From NCBI GenBank assembly GCA_045863295.1, contig BTWA01000001.1, forward strand, positions 64,001-128,000: a stretch of 64,000 nt of DNA, written 5' to 3'. This document shows positions 40,250 through 50,612 of the stretch, piece after piece. This DNA comes from Candidatus Hydrogenedentota bacterium. GTDB taxonomy: Bacteria > Hydrogenedentota > Hydrogenedentia > Hydrogenedentales > SLHB01. The notes under the pieces were generated by a model. The model was not told where the DNA came from, did no database searches, and saw only the letters and a program-made list of their open reading frames with translations. Every line of letters begins with the position of its first letter. The first letter of the stretch is position 1. A program made the translations under genes and the position numbers.

Positions 40250-40738
40250 ATGAGCCGGAACCGAGGATTTACCCTCATCGAACTGATGATTGTGGTGGCT
40301 ATCATCGCGATCATTGCCGCGATCGCCATACCCAACTTGCTGCGGTCGCGCATGAGCGCGAACGAAGCCAGCGCATCCGGGTCGATGCGCACGATTTCTT
40401 CGGGAGAGGCCGCGTTCCAAACCGCGGCTTTTGTGGATGCCGACAGCGACGGAACCGGGGATTACGGTACACTGGCGCAATTGGCCAATCCGGACGGATC
40501 CGGCGCAACGGCTCCCTTCATAGACGGCGTGCTTGGCAACGGCACCCGCTACGGCTATGTGTTTACTGTTACCGTGACACTGGGCAGCAATACGGCCGTG
40601 GCCGCGTACACATGTACCGCCACACCGTCGTCAGCAGGCCGGACCGGCTGGCGTCAATATTTCGTAGACGATTCGGGCGTAATCCGATACACCTCGGATG
40701 GATCCGCCGCGAGCGTATCTTCGCCGCCATTGGATTAA
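40250..40738 (+). CDS. Type IV pilin (candidate major pilin)
   Basis: MSRNRG|FTLIELMIVVAIIAIIAAIAIPNL prepilin cleavage site; monocistronic with its own promoter and terminator. Confidence 0.92.
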   Translation: MSRNRGFTLIELMIVVAIIAIIAAIAIPNLLRSRMSANEASASGSMRTISSGEAAFQTAAFVDADSDGTGDYGTLAQLANPDGSGATAPFIDGVLGNGTRYGYVFTVTVTLGSNTAVAAYTCTATPSSAGRTGWRQYFVDDSGVIRYTSDGSAASVSSPPLD

Positions 40739-40750
40739 CGTGTTGTCTTC

Positions 40751-40792
40751 TAACTGGCGGATATCCCTGCGACTTCCGCCGGTTATTTTTTT
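40751..40792 (+). terminator. Intrinsic terminator
   Basis: TAACTGGCGGA/TCCGCCGGTTA stem followed by a T7 run. Confidence 0.8.
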
Positions 40793-40795
40793 GTG

Positions 40796-42106
40796 TTACT
40801 GCTCTGGAGCGATGTATCCGGCGTAACGGCCCAACCAGTACGCCATGAGGTAGTCGTGCCCATTGAATTCCATCGGCTGATCCTGCGTGCGGTCACCGGC
40901 GCTCTTGTAAGGGTCCTGCACCCAAGTGGACCAGGTTTTCTCCCGCAAGTCGATGGGTACGACGCCGGGACCCGCCAGGGCGGCCGACTTTGGCGCGGGA
41001 TCAAAGGAAAATTCGAACGCCTTCTCGTACTCGCGAATGGTGCTGCTATTCCACTTGATGTCGAACGGAAACAGCTGGAGCGTCTCTATTGATGCCGCGG
41101 TAGTCGAGGCATCCTGTATGAACGTGTTTGCCATGAACGCATAGAACGGATTGTTTTCAGGTTTCACGCCGGGAAAACGATCGTCGCCGGTCCACGCGCG
41201 TTTGAAACTGGCGAGGTAGGTTTCGCGCAAAGTTGGGTCCTCTTCGAGCACCAGCAACGGGTAATAGGCCAAGAAAATCAACACATCGTCGCTGTGATTG
41301 ATGCCGCGGCGTCCCAGCGGATCAGCGAGGCGGCGCGCTTTCACAGCTTCCCCGGCATATTCCTTTTCGATGGCCCAGGTCTTGTAAACCGCCTCGCTCG
41401 CGGGTTCGCCGGTTAATGCAGCGGTAACTTTCAGATGTTGCAGCAGCAGTAACGCGTTCATGGACTCCCGTCCCATTACATATTCCGGATAGTAGCTTCC
41501 CCATTGCGTTGGTTTTCCGTCATGGTCAATGATTCGGAGATTGTTACGCAGCAGGTGATCGGAAAGCGGCTTGACGTTACGTACTGCAATTTCCTTTGCT
41601 TCATCGTCGAGGTGCAGGTAGGCCAGTGCGAACCCATAGAACACGCCGGTCATCTGATCGCTGCTGACATCGTCGCGCCATTTGTACTTGCCGTCCCTGG
41701 AGAGGTTCCAGCCTCCGTCGTCTTCCATGGGCTCGTCGGCGGGCCATGCGGCGCGTGCCAGCAGACCGGGCTCGCCCGAGACCGTACACAATAGTTCCAG
41801 CGCACGAAGGCATTGCTTGGCCTCGGCGAGGGCCTCCGGGTCCTTCGTGGACGCATATTTGAGGCTGAGTGTGCCTGTGTGGATTCCGGTCATGTAGGCA
41901 TTGTCGGGCATGTTGTACGCATTGAACGTGCGCGATCCGGACGGTAACTTGAGTTTGCAGAGGACTTGTCCGTCTTTCATAAAACGTACACGCAGATCAT
42001 GCTCAAATATGGAGGCCTTCTTTGCCAGTGTCAGCGGATCTTGTGCCCATGAAGCGAGGCACGCCGCAGCCACCGCCAGAGTGGCCGACAGGATTCTCAT
42101 GCTCAT
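40796..42106 (-). CDS. Secreted hypothetical protein, possibly an alpha/alpha-barrel glycoside hydrolase-like enzyme
   Basis: Signal peptide (..CLASWA|Q); helical protein with DNAYMTG, DDVSSDQMTG and DYLMAYW acidic motifs. Confidence 0.6.
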   Translation of the reverse strand: MSMRILSATLAVAAACLASWAQDPLTLAKKASIFEHDLRVRFMKDGQVLCKLKLPSGSRTFNAYNMPDNAYMTGIHTGTLSLKYASTKDPEALAEAKQCLRALELLCTVSGEPGLLARAAWPADEPMEDDGGWNLSRDGKYKWRDDVSSDQMTGVFYGFALAYLHLDDEAKEIAVRNVKPLSDHLLRNNLRIIDHDGKPTQWGSYYPEYVMGRESMNALLLLQHLKVTAALTGEPASEAVYKTWAIEKEYAGEAVKARRLADPLGRRGINHSDDVLIFLAYYPLLVLEEDPTLRETYLASFKRAWTGDDRFPGVKPENNPFYAFMANTFIQDASTTAASIETLQLFPFDIKWNSSTIREYEKAFEFSFDPAPKSAALAGPGVVPIDLREKTWSTWVQDPYKSAGDRTQDQPMEFNGHDYLMAYWLGRYAGYIAPEQ

Positions 42107-42141
42107 TTTGAAGTCACTCCCGCCGCGTTTACGCGTGTGTG

Positions 42142-42960
42142 TCAAATCACTGTTTCCTGCCCGCCGGTTCCACCCGCTTTTGTATCGCCCATGGCCTCGC
42201 GAAAACGCTTGAAATCGTTCCCCAAGGTTTCATGTACGATGGCCACATCGCTGGAATGCGTAATCATATTTGCGCCTTCCCTGGCCCATTCAATCTCCAT
42301 ATCCATGTTCCAAGAGAAGTGAATTCCAACACCCAAATTGTGCGCGCGGGACTTTGCGATGATGGTGGAGATGGCATTTTTAAACACCGGATGCGTGTAT
42401 TGCTCAGGGATGCCGAGATTGACGGACAAGTCGTGGGGACCGACGAGTGCGGCATCCAGATCCGGTACGGCAAAAAGGGCATCCAGACTTTCCAGCGCGG
42501 GTACGCTCTCGATATTGATGAGGAACACATGATCCGCGTTCTTCTGCTCGATGTAGGTCGCGAGGTCTCTTTCCAATCGCTCCTCGCCATTCAGGTACCT
42601 TTCGAGTCGCTTGCCCTTCAGCGGCCGGCACTTGATAGCACCCCGCAATCCCTTCACTTGCTCGATAGTTTCTATGTATGGCGCCACAATGCCGGCCGCG
42701 CCGCCATCGAGTGCCATGCACGCGAGATTCGGGTTTGGCTCCGGAATCCGGACAATGGGAGGAATACCCAAACCGGCAAACGAGCGGCACATCCACGAGA
42801 GTTTCTCGCGATCGATGGGAATGTGTTCCGTGTCGATAAATGCGAAATCCGCGCCGGTCCGCGCAATCATCTCGGGCCATCCGGCCGCGGTGCTGGTGAC
42901 CGCGGTGCCGTAAACCCGCCTACCGGCCCGCAATGCTTCGGCCAATTCCCTTCCGCGCAT
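42142..42960 (-). CDS. HpcH/HpaI family aldolase
   Basis: FIDTEH, IVRIP, NIES, VGPHDLS. Confidence 0.9.
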   Translation of the reverse strand: MRGRELAEALRAGRRVYGTAVTSTAAGWPEMIARTGADFAFIDTEHIPIDREKLSWMCRSFAGLGIPPIVRIPEPNPNLACMALDGGAAGIVAPYIETIEQVKGLRGAIKCRPLKGKRLERYLNGEERLERDLATYIEQKNADHVFLINIESVPALESLDALFAVPDLDAALVGPHDLSVNLGIPEQYTHPVFKNAISTIIAKSRAHNLGVGIHFSWNMDMEIEWAREGANMITHSSDVAIVHETLGNDFKRFREAMGDTKAGGTGGQETVI

Positions 42961-43060
42961 GGTATTGATCCTTTCCGCCCAATTCGCGTTGATGCGCCCG
43001 CCGGATCAGAGTAGCAAACCCCGGCGCCATGACCCAAGCAAACGGTGTGGGAATGCAAAC

Positions 43061-43102
43061 AAAAAGCGGCTCCGCGTCCCGGATAACCGGTCGCGGAGCC
43101 GC
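43061..43102 (-). terminator. Intrinsic terminator
   Basis: 11-bp stem GCGGCTCCGCG/CGCGGAGCCGC followed by TTTTT on the minus strand. Confidence 0.8.
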
Positions 43103-43125
43103 GTGGATTGCCTATTGTGAGGCCG

Positions 43126-44817
43126 TCAGCGCGGGCGGGCTTCTTCGCCAGCTGGCGGGGCCGCGACAGGCGCCGCTGGAGCCGCCGGCGGGGCTGCGCC
43201 GGGAGCAGCCCCGGGCTGATTCTGCATGTTCTGTTGGTCGGTTTGGAATCGCATCTTGGCGAGTTCCGCGTCTTCGACCTTGGTTGCGGAATCCTTGATG
43301 AGCTGTTCCTTTTGCTGTGTTTGCGGACCCGCGTCATCGGGCACCACGGATACAATGGCGGGAATGCTGCTGTAGGCGGCAATCGCCTCATCAAAGCGGT
43401 TTTCCTCGACCATCGTATCTCCCTGGTCGATCTGATCTTCAGCGGCATTAAGCACGTCGTTGATGATGTCGGTAATATTCCGCTTGCTGGACTCGATGCC
43501 GTCCTGTGCGGCCAGATGCTGTTCCTCGAATTCGTCGCCGACGGATTCAAAGACGAGCACAGCCTTGTTATACAGCGCAATGGACTCTGCGTACTGTGCA
43601 TTCACCTTCCGGTCTTCGGCCTCACGCATCACGCTCTCGGCGGCGGCGACTGTGCGCAATGCAACTTGAAGGCGTTCATTCCGTTCGGCAATCGCCACCT
43701 GGGTCTGATTGATCAGGCTGGCGGCTTCGTCGTTGGATCTGTCGATTTCCAGTGCCTGGGTAAAATTCCTAAGCGCTACTTCGAGCGCGTCTTTGGGCGC
43801 CTCTGGTTTTCCCGCCATGTCGAACGACTTCTTACCCGCGGTCAGATAGTGCCCCGCGAGTTTGCTGTTGATCCGGTTCCGCTCCGGACCCTCCGCATTG
43901 TCCAACGCGACCATCCAAATTTGGACACCTCGATCCTTGAGGTCGTCGCGAGAGTAGTTGTAGTAAACGTCGCCGACTTTTTCAAAGGCATCGGCAATGC
44001 CCGGATTCGACTCGGCGAAGATACGATAGACGCGTTCGGCCTCTCGCGTATTGTGCTTTTCATTCAGGAGATGGCTGATCTCGTCCACGTAATACCAAGT
44101 AATGGCCTTGTCGGATGGAGCCGAGTGCGTGGGGTCGGCTTCGTTACGCAGCACGGTGTACCAGACATCGGAGATGGCCTGTACGGATTTCTGGAAAAAG
44201 AGTCCGGTGCCATTCTTGAGGTAGCCGTTATAATTCTTGCCCTGTTTGTAATCGGCGGCGATCAAATTGTGGGCTTCTTTGTAAGGGAGCAGGAGATCGT
44301 TGAAATACATGGGCACGTTTCGGACGTAATAGAGAGGTCTCGCCCGATCGTCGAAAACGATGGATTCGAGATTCTTATCCACGTCGGCATTGATTCGTGC
44401 AAGCAATTCCTTGCTCGCGGCGGACTGATCGTAGGAGTAGGGAAACAAAACGTCCGAAACGATGCGGGCAAGCGTGCCCATACGAAAGGCGAAGTAACTT
44501 CCAACGCCTTCTTTGCGCACATAGCGCAAGAGCTGGATTTCGGCGCCGATGCTTCCAATGGCCTGGCTCACGTTCTCGGTCGGAGGAGGCGTACCAAGCC
44601 CTGCGGGCCCGATCAGGACTCCGCGGAGCACGTCGGTTTCGAAATTGGTTTCATTGTCGCGTGTCTTAAACGGGTCACCGATTTGGCGGCGCACCACCTG
44701 AAACGACGTGCCAATGATGGCGCGTTGCGCGTCGGGTCCCCAGGCCCAGGCGGCATCGGAGATCAGCATGATTGCTGCCGCGCACAGCAGGACATAAGCA
44801 AGGTGTTTGGCGTTCAT
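43126..44817 (-). CDS. Secreted protein: degenerate PLC/S1-P1-like N-domain plus TPR/coiled-coil region
   Basis: Signal peptide AWA|WGPDAQ; GTLARIVSDVLFP; TPR-like ALRNFTQALEID and FDEAIAAY; Ala/Pro-rich tail. Confidence 0.65.
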   Translation of the reverse strand: MNAKHLAYVLLCAAAIMLISDAAWAWGPDAQRAIIGTSFQVVRRQIGDPFKTRDNETNFETDVLRGVLIGPAGLGTPPPTENVSQAIGSIGAEIQLLRYVRKEGVGSYFAFRMGTLARIVSDVLFPYSYDQSAASKELLARINADVDKNLESIVFDDRARPLYYVRNVPMYFNDLLLPYKEAHNLIAADYKQGKNYNGYLKNGTGLFFQKSVQAISDVWYTVLRNEADPTHSAPSDKAITWYYVDEISHLLNEKHNTREAERVYRIFAESNPGIADAFEKVGDVYYNYSRDDLKDRGVQIWMVALDNAEGPERNRINSKLAGHYLTAGKKSFDMAGKPEAPKDALEVALRNFTQALEIDRSNDEAASLINQTQVAIAERNERLQVALRTVAAAESVMREAEDRKVNAQYAESIALYNKAVLVFESVGDEFEEQHLAAQDGIESSKRNITDIINDVLNAAEDQIDQGDTMVEENRFDEAIAAYSSIPAIVSVVPDDAGPQTQQKEQLIKDSATKVEDAELAKMRFQTDQQNMQNQPGAAPGAAPPAAPAAPVAAPPAGEEARPR

Positions 44818-44926
44818 TCGTTACCTCGTTTGTGGCTTATCCGTCCACGGACAAGCACGTTCTAACACCGTCCGGCTTCACGCGAACGGGGATTGCCTCT
44901 ACAAGTACCCGTATGTCCACCCGCCA

Positions 44927-45958
44927 TCAGAAATACAGGCCACTATACCATGGGTCATTCGGATAATACCGGTAGCGGGGAACAAACGGCGTTTCCGGCA
45001 ACCGGTTGCTGCACCACGGCGGAATATTCAACAGCGGTTCATTCGTATATACGTTCAAACGCATCCAATCCGCGAGCAATTCGGTATACGGAGGCTTGTT
45101 CTGCGGGTTACGGTAGCGCACGAATTCCACGTGACCGTCTTTGTAAAGTACGTTGCCGCCGTATGGCAACTGATGATTGGCATTGAATTCGCCGGCTATT
45201 GTAAACGTATCGAACAGCACGGGAATCTGCGATTCGGCTACCGCGCCCCGGGCCGGGTTGTTGGCATCGACCGAAAACAACCGGTCCACACCGTCCCGCA
45301 ACCGGAACAACATCGGCGCGCCGCCGGGGCCATGCGGCCCAGCCAGCGGGATGTTGTCCTGCATGAAGTCGACCGCGCCCCGGGCCATTAAATCGTCGAG
45401 GGCTTCAAACATGAACACGAAGTTCTCCTCGGTGACGGCCGCATAGGGAAGGTAGACATATTGTTGGCTGGTGACACATTCCACGTCGGGATAGGTGCCG
45501 ATAAACCGTTCGATGATGGCTGCGTTTCTGGGGTCGCTGGTCATGATGGGTTCGAGGTGCAATTGCCGCTCAAACGTCATGTCCAGATACCAATCCCGCT
45601 CGCCCTCGGCCATGCGTGCAGTATTGGCCGGGCATTCCATGAGGCGGAGATCCGGCAGGTAATCGGGATAAAGCAAACGCAAATCGACGGCATAGTTGTT
45701 TCGCATCAACGGATTTAACGAATTCCATCCCCAATACGGATTGGGATGGCCGGGCGGGTATATGCTCTGGTTGTCGTGGGCGAACATTTGAAAGGCGATG
45801 GCCGCCTGCCGCATGTTGTTCTGGCAGTATGCCTTTCGCGCGGCCATGCGTGCGCGCGCCAACGCCGGCAATAGCAATGCGGCGAGGATGGAGATGATAG
45901 TAATCACCACCAGCAATTCGATAAGACTGAAGCCGTGCCTGGATTTGGGGCGGATCAT
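44927..45958 (-). CDS. Prepilin-type N-terminal cleavage protein with H-X9-DG motif (DUF1559-like)
   Basis: [57 protein letters not shown]. Confidence 0.9.
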   Translation of the reverse strand: MIRPKSRHGFSLIELLVVITIISILAALLLPALARARMAARKAYCQNNMRQAAIAFQMFAHDNQSIYPPGHPNPYWGWNSLNPLMRNNYAVDLRLLYPDYLPDLRLMECPANTARMAEGERDWYLDMTFERQLHLEPIMTSDPRNAAIIERFIGTYPDVECVTSQQYVYLPYAAVTEENFVFMFEALDDLMARGAVDFMQDNIPLAGPHGPGGAPMLFRLRDGVDRLFSVDANNPARGAVAESQIPVLFDTFTIAGEFNANHQLPYGGNVLYKDGHVEFVRYRNPQNKPPYTELLADWMRLNVYTNEPLLNIPPWCSNRLPETPFVPRYRYYPNDPWYSGLYF

Positions 45959-46141
45959 GAGTGTCCTGTCAGAAGCCAGCGAGCCCACGGCGCTTCTTAC
46001 CCCCCGCGTGACGCCGTCAACTAGGTCTAAATACGCGCGGTACAGTAGCATAAGAAGGGTGTGCGATCAACCGTTCACCACGGCTTACCGGCCCTGGAAG
46101 GGTGGGTGAATTGGTACTCAATCCTGGAGTAGACTCTGCTC

Positions 46142-47125
46142 ATGTGGAATTTTAGCTTGGTCCTTATCAGCGTCTTGGCTGCTTCCGGCGAAGTTGCATT
46201 TCTAGCCGGCACCGAACAGGAAGATCGTTGCGTACACGTTCTTTCGGTCGAAACCGGCGAAGTGACACGGGTCGGCCTCGGCGAGCGCGATGGCGCACCC
46301 GTATGGTCGCCGGAGGGGGACCAGATTGCCTTCTCGGCACAATACCCAGACGGGCTGGGAATATATGTTATTCACTATCCCGGCGGTACGCCTCAATTGG
46401 TTCCGGCAATAGGCACTTGGAACCAGTACCCGCGATGGTCTCCCGACGGTAGCAAGCTGGCGTTTCAAGTGGGAGGACTGCTTGAGGCAAGTATTGAGGT
46501 TTTTGATGTAACTAAAAACGCGTCAGTTCGTTATGGCGGTGAAGCTAAAGGACTGATGCGACCGGTTTGGGAAGCCAACGACCGCTTGATAACCGTAGGA
46601 ATTCGAGGGCTGCCCGACGAATTGACGTCTGGATTGACCTTGGTGACCGAAAACAATACCGAGAAGACCAATCGTTCCAGCGACGCCTATACGGTCTGGG
46701 CCGTTGAGCCCAGCGCACCGTTGGAAGCGGTTGCGTTTGAGAGCAACGACGGCGGCGATCGGGAAATCATTGTATATACCGCCCGGTCCGGTGCGGTGGA
46801 TGTATCCAATCATGCCGCAGCTGACCTGAATCCCGTGTGGTCACCGGATGGACAGTGGATCGCATTCGAGTCATTTCGGGGGGGCACGCGTGGCCTATAC
46901 CAAGTGAAACCTGCGCAGTTACTGGTTAAGACTATTGCCGCCGACCCGGGATACAACAATTGGTCACCTTCCTGGTCGCCGGACATGACCCAAGTTGCCT
47001 TTATTACTGATCGCAGCGGCTCGCCGAAGTTGGCGATTGTCGACCTCGCCAGCGGCGAAACCCGGTTATTCGATGCCATTCCGGGCGATCACGCCGCGCC
47101 CGCCTGGAGGCCCAAGGGAAAATGA
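46142..47125 (+). CDS. TolB-like beta-propeller (PD40 repeats)
   Basis: Repeated PxWSPDGxxIAF motifs; hydrophobic N-terminus. Confidence 0.9.
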   Translation: MWNFSLVLISVLAASGEVAFLAGTEQEDRCVHVLSVETGEVTRVGLGERDGAPVWSPEGDQIAFSAQYPDGLGIYVIHYPGGTPQLVPAIGTWNQYPRWSPDGSKLAFQVGGLLEASIEVFDVTKNASVRYGGEAKGLMRPVWEANDRLITVGIRGLPDELTSGLTLVTENNTEKTNRSSDAYTVWAVEPSAPLEAVAFESNDGGDREIIVYTARSGAVDVSNHAAADLNPVWSPDGQWIAFESFRGGTRGLYQVKPAQLLVKTIAADPGYNNWSPSWSPDMTQVAFITDRSGSPKLAIVDLASGETRLFDAIPGDHAAPAWRPKGK

Positions 47126-48147
47126 CGTCGCGTATAGGACTTGTGCTGATATTGGCGCTGCCGGCTGTGTGGGCACGGTCGGCCGACGGGTTGTTGGACG
47201 TGGTGATCACGCCGAACAACGGCATGCCCGCCCTCGTAAAGCCGGGCGAAAGTTTTTCCATTACTTCGAAATCCGAGGCGACTTTCGCCATCCAAAACGA
47301 TTTGGGCACGTATCCGGTTGCCGTCGAATGGGCACCGCTTCCGGGAGGCCGGTTCCGGGGCACGGCAACGGTGCCCGATGCGGCTGCGCCCGGCGCATAT
47401 GCCATAACGGCCTCGACAGGCGACAAAAGCGATACGACGGTCCGATCGGTGTATGTCCTCTCGGAATTTCCGGAGAGCTATTCCGTCGCGCACGTATCGG
47501 ACACGCACGTCGGATCGGGAAGGCACCCGCGCCCTTCCGAAGCGATTGTTCAGGATGTTTTCAACGCGGTTAATGCAACGGGGGCGGCGTTTTGTCTGGT
47601 CACGGGCGATGTGACGGAAAACGGAGAAGTGGAGCAGTACCAGAATTTCGTGAAGCTGCTTGACACGTGTACGCTCCCCACGTTTGTTGTCTCCGGCAAC
47701 CACGATCGCAAGGCGCTTAACTACGAAAACTTTTTTGGACCGGATGCCTACTATTTTTGGTTTGGCAACGACGGATATCTTGGATTCGACACGAAGGATT
47801 TCATCGTTGCGGATGATCTCAGCCCGCAGGTGAATTTACTGTATCCCTACCGCCGCGCTATCAAACCGGCCCGTTGGGCGATTGGTTTTTCGCATCGCTA
47901 CGAAGCCGATATGGGGATGAACGCGCAATTGACGTTGTTCGTGGACGACCCGCTCGATCATTTCTTCTTCGGCCATTGGCACCGGGAAGCGCGCGCGCAC
48001 GAAAAGGAAGTGCCCTGGAATGCGCCGGGAGGGGCTGTGCCCTACACGGTGACCCCCGCGGCTATTAACGGCGCCATGCGCGTGTTCAAGGTAGATGCCA
48101 ATGCCATTACACCGGAACCCACGCAGAAGGTGGCCGCGATCGAATAG
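47122..48147 (+). CDS. Secreted calcineurin-like metallophosphoesterase
   Basis: SDTH, TGD, GNHD, GHWH; signal peptide. Confidence 0.9.
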   Translation: MTSRIGLVLILALPAVWARSADGLLDVVITPNNGMPALVKPGESFSITSKSEATFAIQNDLGTYPVAVEWAPLPGGRFRGTATVPDAAAPGAYAITASTGDKSDTTVRSVYVLSEFPESYSVAHVSDTHVGSGRHPRPSEAIVQDVFNAVNATGAAFCLVTGDVTENGEVEQYQNFVKLLDTCTLPTFVVSGNHDRKALNYENFFGPDAYYFWFGNDGYLGFDTKDFIVADDLSPQVNLLYPYRRAIKPARWAIGFSHRYEADMGMNAQLTLFVDDPLDHFFFGHWHREARAHEKEVPWNAPGGAVPYTVTPAAINGAMRVFKVDANAITPEPTQKVAAIE

Positions 48148-48172
48148 CGGCCGCGGCGCGCTCCACCCCGAA

Positions 48173-48904
48173 TTATTCCGGTTCCGGCGCCAATACCAGT
48201 TCGCGTCTTAACAACAGGGTATCGCGCAGAGCCCAAGGGGCATAAGCGATCACAAAGAACACCACCATAAGCGCGGCGAGCACGCCCAGATACCAAGGCC
48301 ACGGTCCGAAGTAATCCATAAGGCCTGCACCTGTGGGTTTGGCGCGCAGAAACAAATAGTTTACGTCGAGTCCGACATTTATCGGCGTGATGAGACCTGC
48401 GTAGATGACGGTCGCGACCATGGCCTTTGGGATGGATGCCCACGTGGGCCGATACCCGTATATAACCGCCATGTACGCCGCGCCGTAAACGATGTATACA
48501 TGGCCCGTGAAGTACAGCAGAAAGAAATAGTGTGGAAAATCATATTCGACCTCCGGCATCAGCATCCCCAGCACGGTGCCGATGAACCCCCAGAAATAAA
48601 GCACTTCGAATACAAGTCGCTTGTGCGCGATGAGCAGAACGATAGTTAGGATCGTGGATATGCCGCACAGGTGAAACGGCAGCACTTCACGGGCCTCGTA
48701 GTCGGTAAGCCAGACATACAGAACGCGTTCGATTAAGTACTGAACAGCGATCAACACGGCGAAACTGATTTCAAACCGGCGACACGCTTGTGGACCGGCA
48801 AAACGCTTCATGCCCCAGCACAAAAGAAACCCCACTAACGCGAGGACGAGCAACGTGCCCACGTGGGTCGAACTGAACAGCGTGAACGGACGTTCGTTGT
48901 GCAT
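48173..48904 (-). CDS. YwaF/TMEM164 family integral membrane protein
   Basis: LPFHLC, YFTGH, NYLFL..KP, FGPWPWY. Confidence 0.85.
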   Translation of the reverse strand: MHNERPFTLFSSTHVGTLLVLALVGFLLCWGMKRFAGPQACRRFEISFAVLIAVQYLIERVLYVWLTDYEAREVLPFHLCGISTILTIVLLIAHKRLVFEVLYFWGFIGTVLGMLMPEVEYDFPHYFFLLYFTGHVYIVYGAAYMAVIYGYRPTWASIPKAMVATVIYAGLITPINVGLDVNYLFLRAKPTGAGLMDYFGPWPWYLGVLAALMVVFFVIAYAPWALRDTLLLRRELVLAPEPE

Positions 48905-48956
48905 ATGACGTATTCCCCGTGAATGGCCAAGGCCAGGCTTTAGCAAACCGCCCTGT

Positions 48957-50360
48957 TTACCGATTCCGCGCGCGAATCAAGAACGCCCAGTCCAACTTGT
49001 CCGGTTTTGTCAATACCAGTTTCCCAGTGGAATTGTGCCACACACCCCACTCACCGTTTCTGGGATTGTACGAACGCCACTCGTGCTCCACCTCTTGGAC
49101 ATCCACGGCCAACACGACCTCCTGTGGAGCGTCCCGCTTGATGAACACGGCATATTCATGCCCCGGGTTGGCAAGGCAATAAGCGCCCTCGGTAACCAGG
49201 TCATTATGCGGTTTCATCGCATCAAGAGTGATTAAATTCGCGTTAAAAAACCGGCTGGCATGGCCGAGCCAATCCCGTTTGATCATGCCCTTGTCGCCTT
49301 CGGGCACGTGCGGATCATATCCCATGATGCCGGTACGAACAGTCTCTTGATCGGCGTCCGCATGGAAGGCGTAGTGGCCTCCCCCCATGGCAAACGTCCA
49401 GATGGCCGTGCGCACCCCTTCGCCTTGGTACGGCGGTCCTTCCAGAAACAGATAAGGCCGGGCCGGTGTGCCCTTAAACCCGTTGACGGCCAGCGTGTTC
49501 TTCTCATCGCCGGCTACAGTGTCGCTGAACACCCAATCCACGGAATCACGGCGCGCGTTCCAGTCTACCCACACCGCGCCGCGCGACTTGAAGAAAGTCA
49601 GAAAATGGTCGCCGATGTTGCCTTCGGGATACGAATGCTCGTCCAGGAACACAAAGAAGACGTTGCCCAGTCCATTGAGTTGATTGATGTATTCGAGGGA
49701 GAGCCGTTCCCACACCCATTGCGTCTTGCGCGCCGGCGGCCAATCCTCTGACCATTCCATCTTGCAGACCTCATTTCCCGGCGACTCAATTCGCACGGCG
49801 TCCTTCACGTCGGTGAGGTGACCTCCGTTGTCCGCGTGCAATGGATGATAAGCGAAATCTTGCGAGTGCTTTGCCCATCCCGTGAACACGGTAATGCCGA
49901 CAATTATGCCTTTTTCTTCCGCGTATCGGCAGAGATCGCGCAGGCGCGGCCAATACCTGTCCAAGGAATCATTCGGACCATCGTCAAACGTCCGCAGGTC
50001 CCACTGCGAAAGCTGATCGCGCGCCTGCGAGCCGTCATTTTTCCGTGCCCAAGGTGTAATGCCGGGATATACATATCCCCACCGGTCTTCGATGTCCGAC
50101 CCATCCTGCAATTGCCTGGGCGGCGTAAATGACCACACATGCACCATGGGAATGCCTCGGTCGTGGCAATCGTCGACCCACGCGCGGTAGTCGAGGTTTG
50201 CATTTTGAGTGACGCACTGTGTACCGGAATCGCCAAATAGCATGAGCGTCCGGCCCTTGTACACGATGTAGTGCCCGCTTGGACTCACGGAAAGGCCTGA
50301 GGCGGAACAGGCGGCAGCAACCAGCATCGCGGTCGACAGCAAGGCGCCAGATGGCTTCAT
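48957..50360 (-). CDS. Secreted putative glycoside hydrolase with C-terminal collagen-binding-like domain
   Basis: Signal peptide; VSPSGHY..LFGDS, FLDEH and FLEG acidic motifs; C-terminal YCLANPG..YNPRNG..DWAF. Confidence 0.65.
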   Translation of the reverse strand: MKPSGALLSTAMLVAAACSASGLSVSPSGHYIVYKGRTLMLFGDSGTQCVTQNANLDYRAWVDDCHDRGIPMVHVWSFTPPRQLQDGSDIEDRWGYVYPGITPWARKNDGSQARDQLSQWDLRTFDDGPNDSLDRYWPRLRDLCRYAEEKGIIVGITVFTGWAKHSQDFAYHPLHADNGGHLTDVKDAVRIESPGNEVCKMEWSEDWPPARKTQWVWERLSLEYINQLNGLGNVFFVFLDEHSYPEGNIGDHFLTFFKSRGAVWVDWNARRDSVDWVFSDTVAGDEKNTLAVNGFKGTPARPYLFLEGPPYQGEGVRTAIWTFAMGGGHYAFHADADQETVRTGIMGYDPHVPEGDKGMIKRDWLGHASRFFNANLITLDAMKPHNDLVTEGAYCLANPGHEYAVFIKRDAPQEVVLAVDVQEVEHEWRSYNPRNGEWGVWHNSTGKLVLTKPDKLDWAFLIRARNR

Positions 50361-50443
50361 TGCAGGCCTCCCCCGGCATGTGAATTTGATCAATCTGTTG
50401 ACGTCACCGCTGCGACTTCGAGATTTGGGCCGGAAAGACGGAA

Positions 50444-50519
50444 TGGTGAACGGGGTGGGGATCGAACCCACGACCTCCGGATTAAAAGTCCGATGCTCTA
50501 CCAACTGAGCTACCCGTTC
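50444..50519 (-). tRNA. tRNA-Lys (anticodon UUU)
   Basis: 76 nt GAACGGGTAGCTCAGTTGGTAGAGCATCGGACTTTTAATCCGGAGGTCGTGGGTTCGATCCCCACCCCGTTCACCA; 7-bp acceptor stem, encoded CCA. Confidence 0.98.
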
Positions 50520-50582
50520 ACGAAAACGAGGCAAACTAAAAGCGAGCCCTTGACGGGCTCGCGTCCGTTTTTTGCGGTCAGA

Positions 50583-50612
50583 AGTGTATCGAATGGCTGT
50601 AAGACAAGTCAA
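50583..50612 (-). promoter_or_regulatory. Sigma70-type promoter of tRNA-Lys
   Basis: TTGACT-18 nt-TACACT on the minus strand. Confidence 0.6.

Noticed and set aside
43108..44865. 585-aa plus-strand ORF
   Set aside because: Antisense shadow of the 43126-44817 gene, with no motifs; expected from high-GC codon bias.
50361..50519. tRNA-Lys as an integration site for a genomic island
   Set aside because: No integrase in the window, and I saw no duplicated tRNA 3' end.
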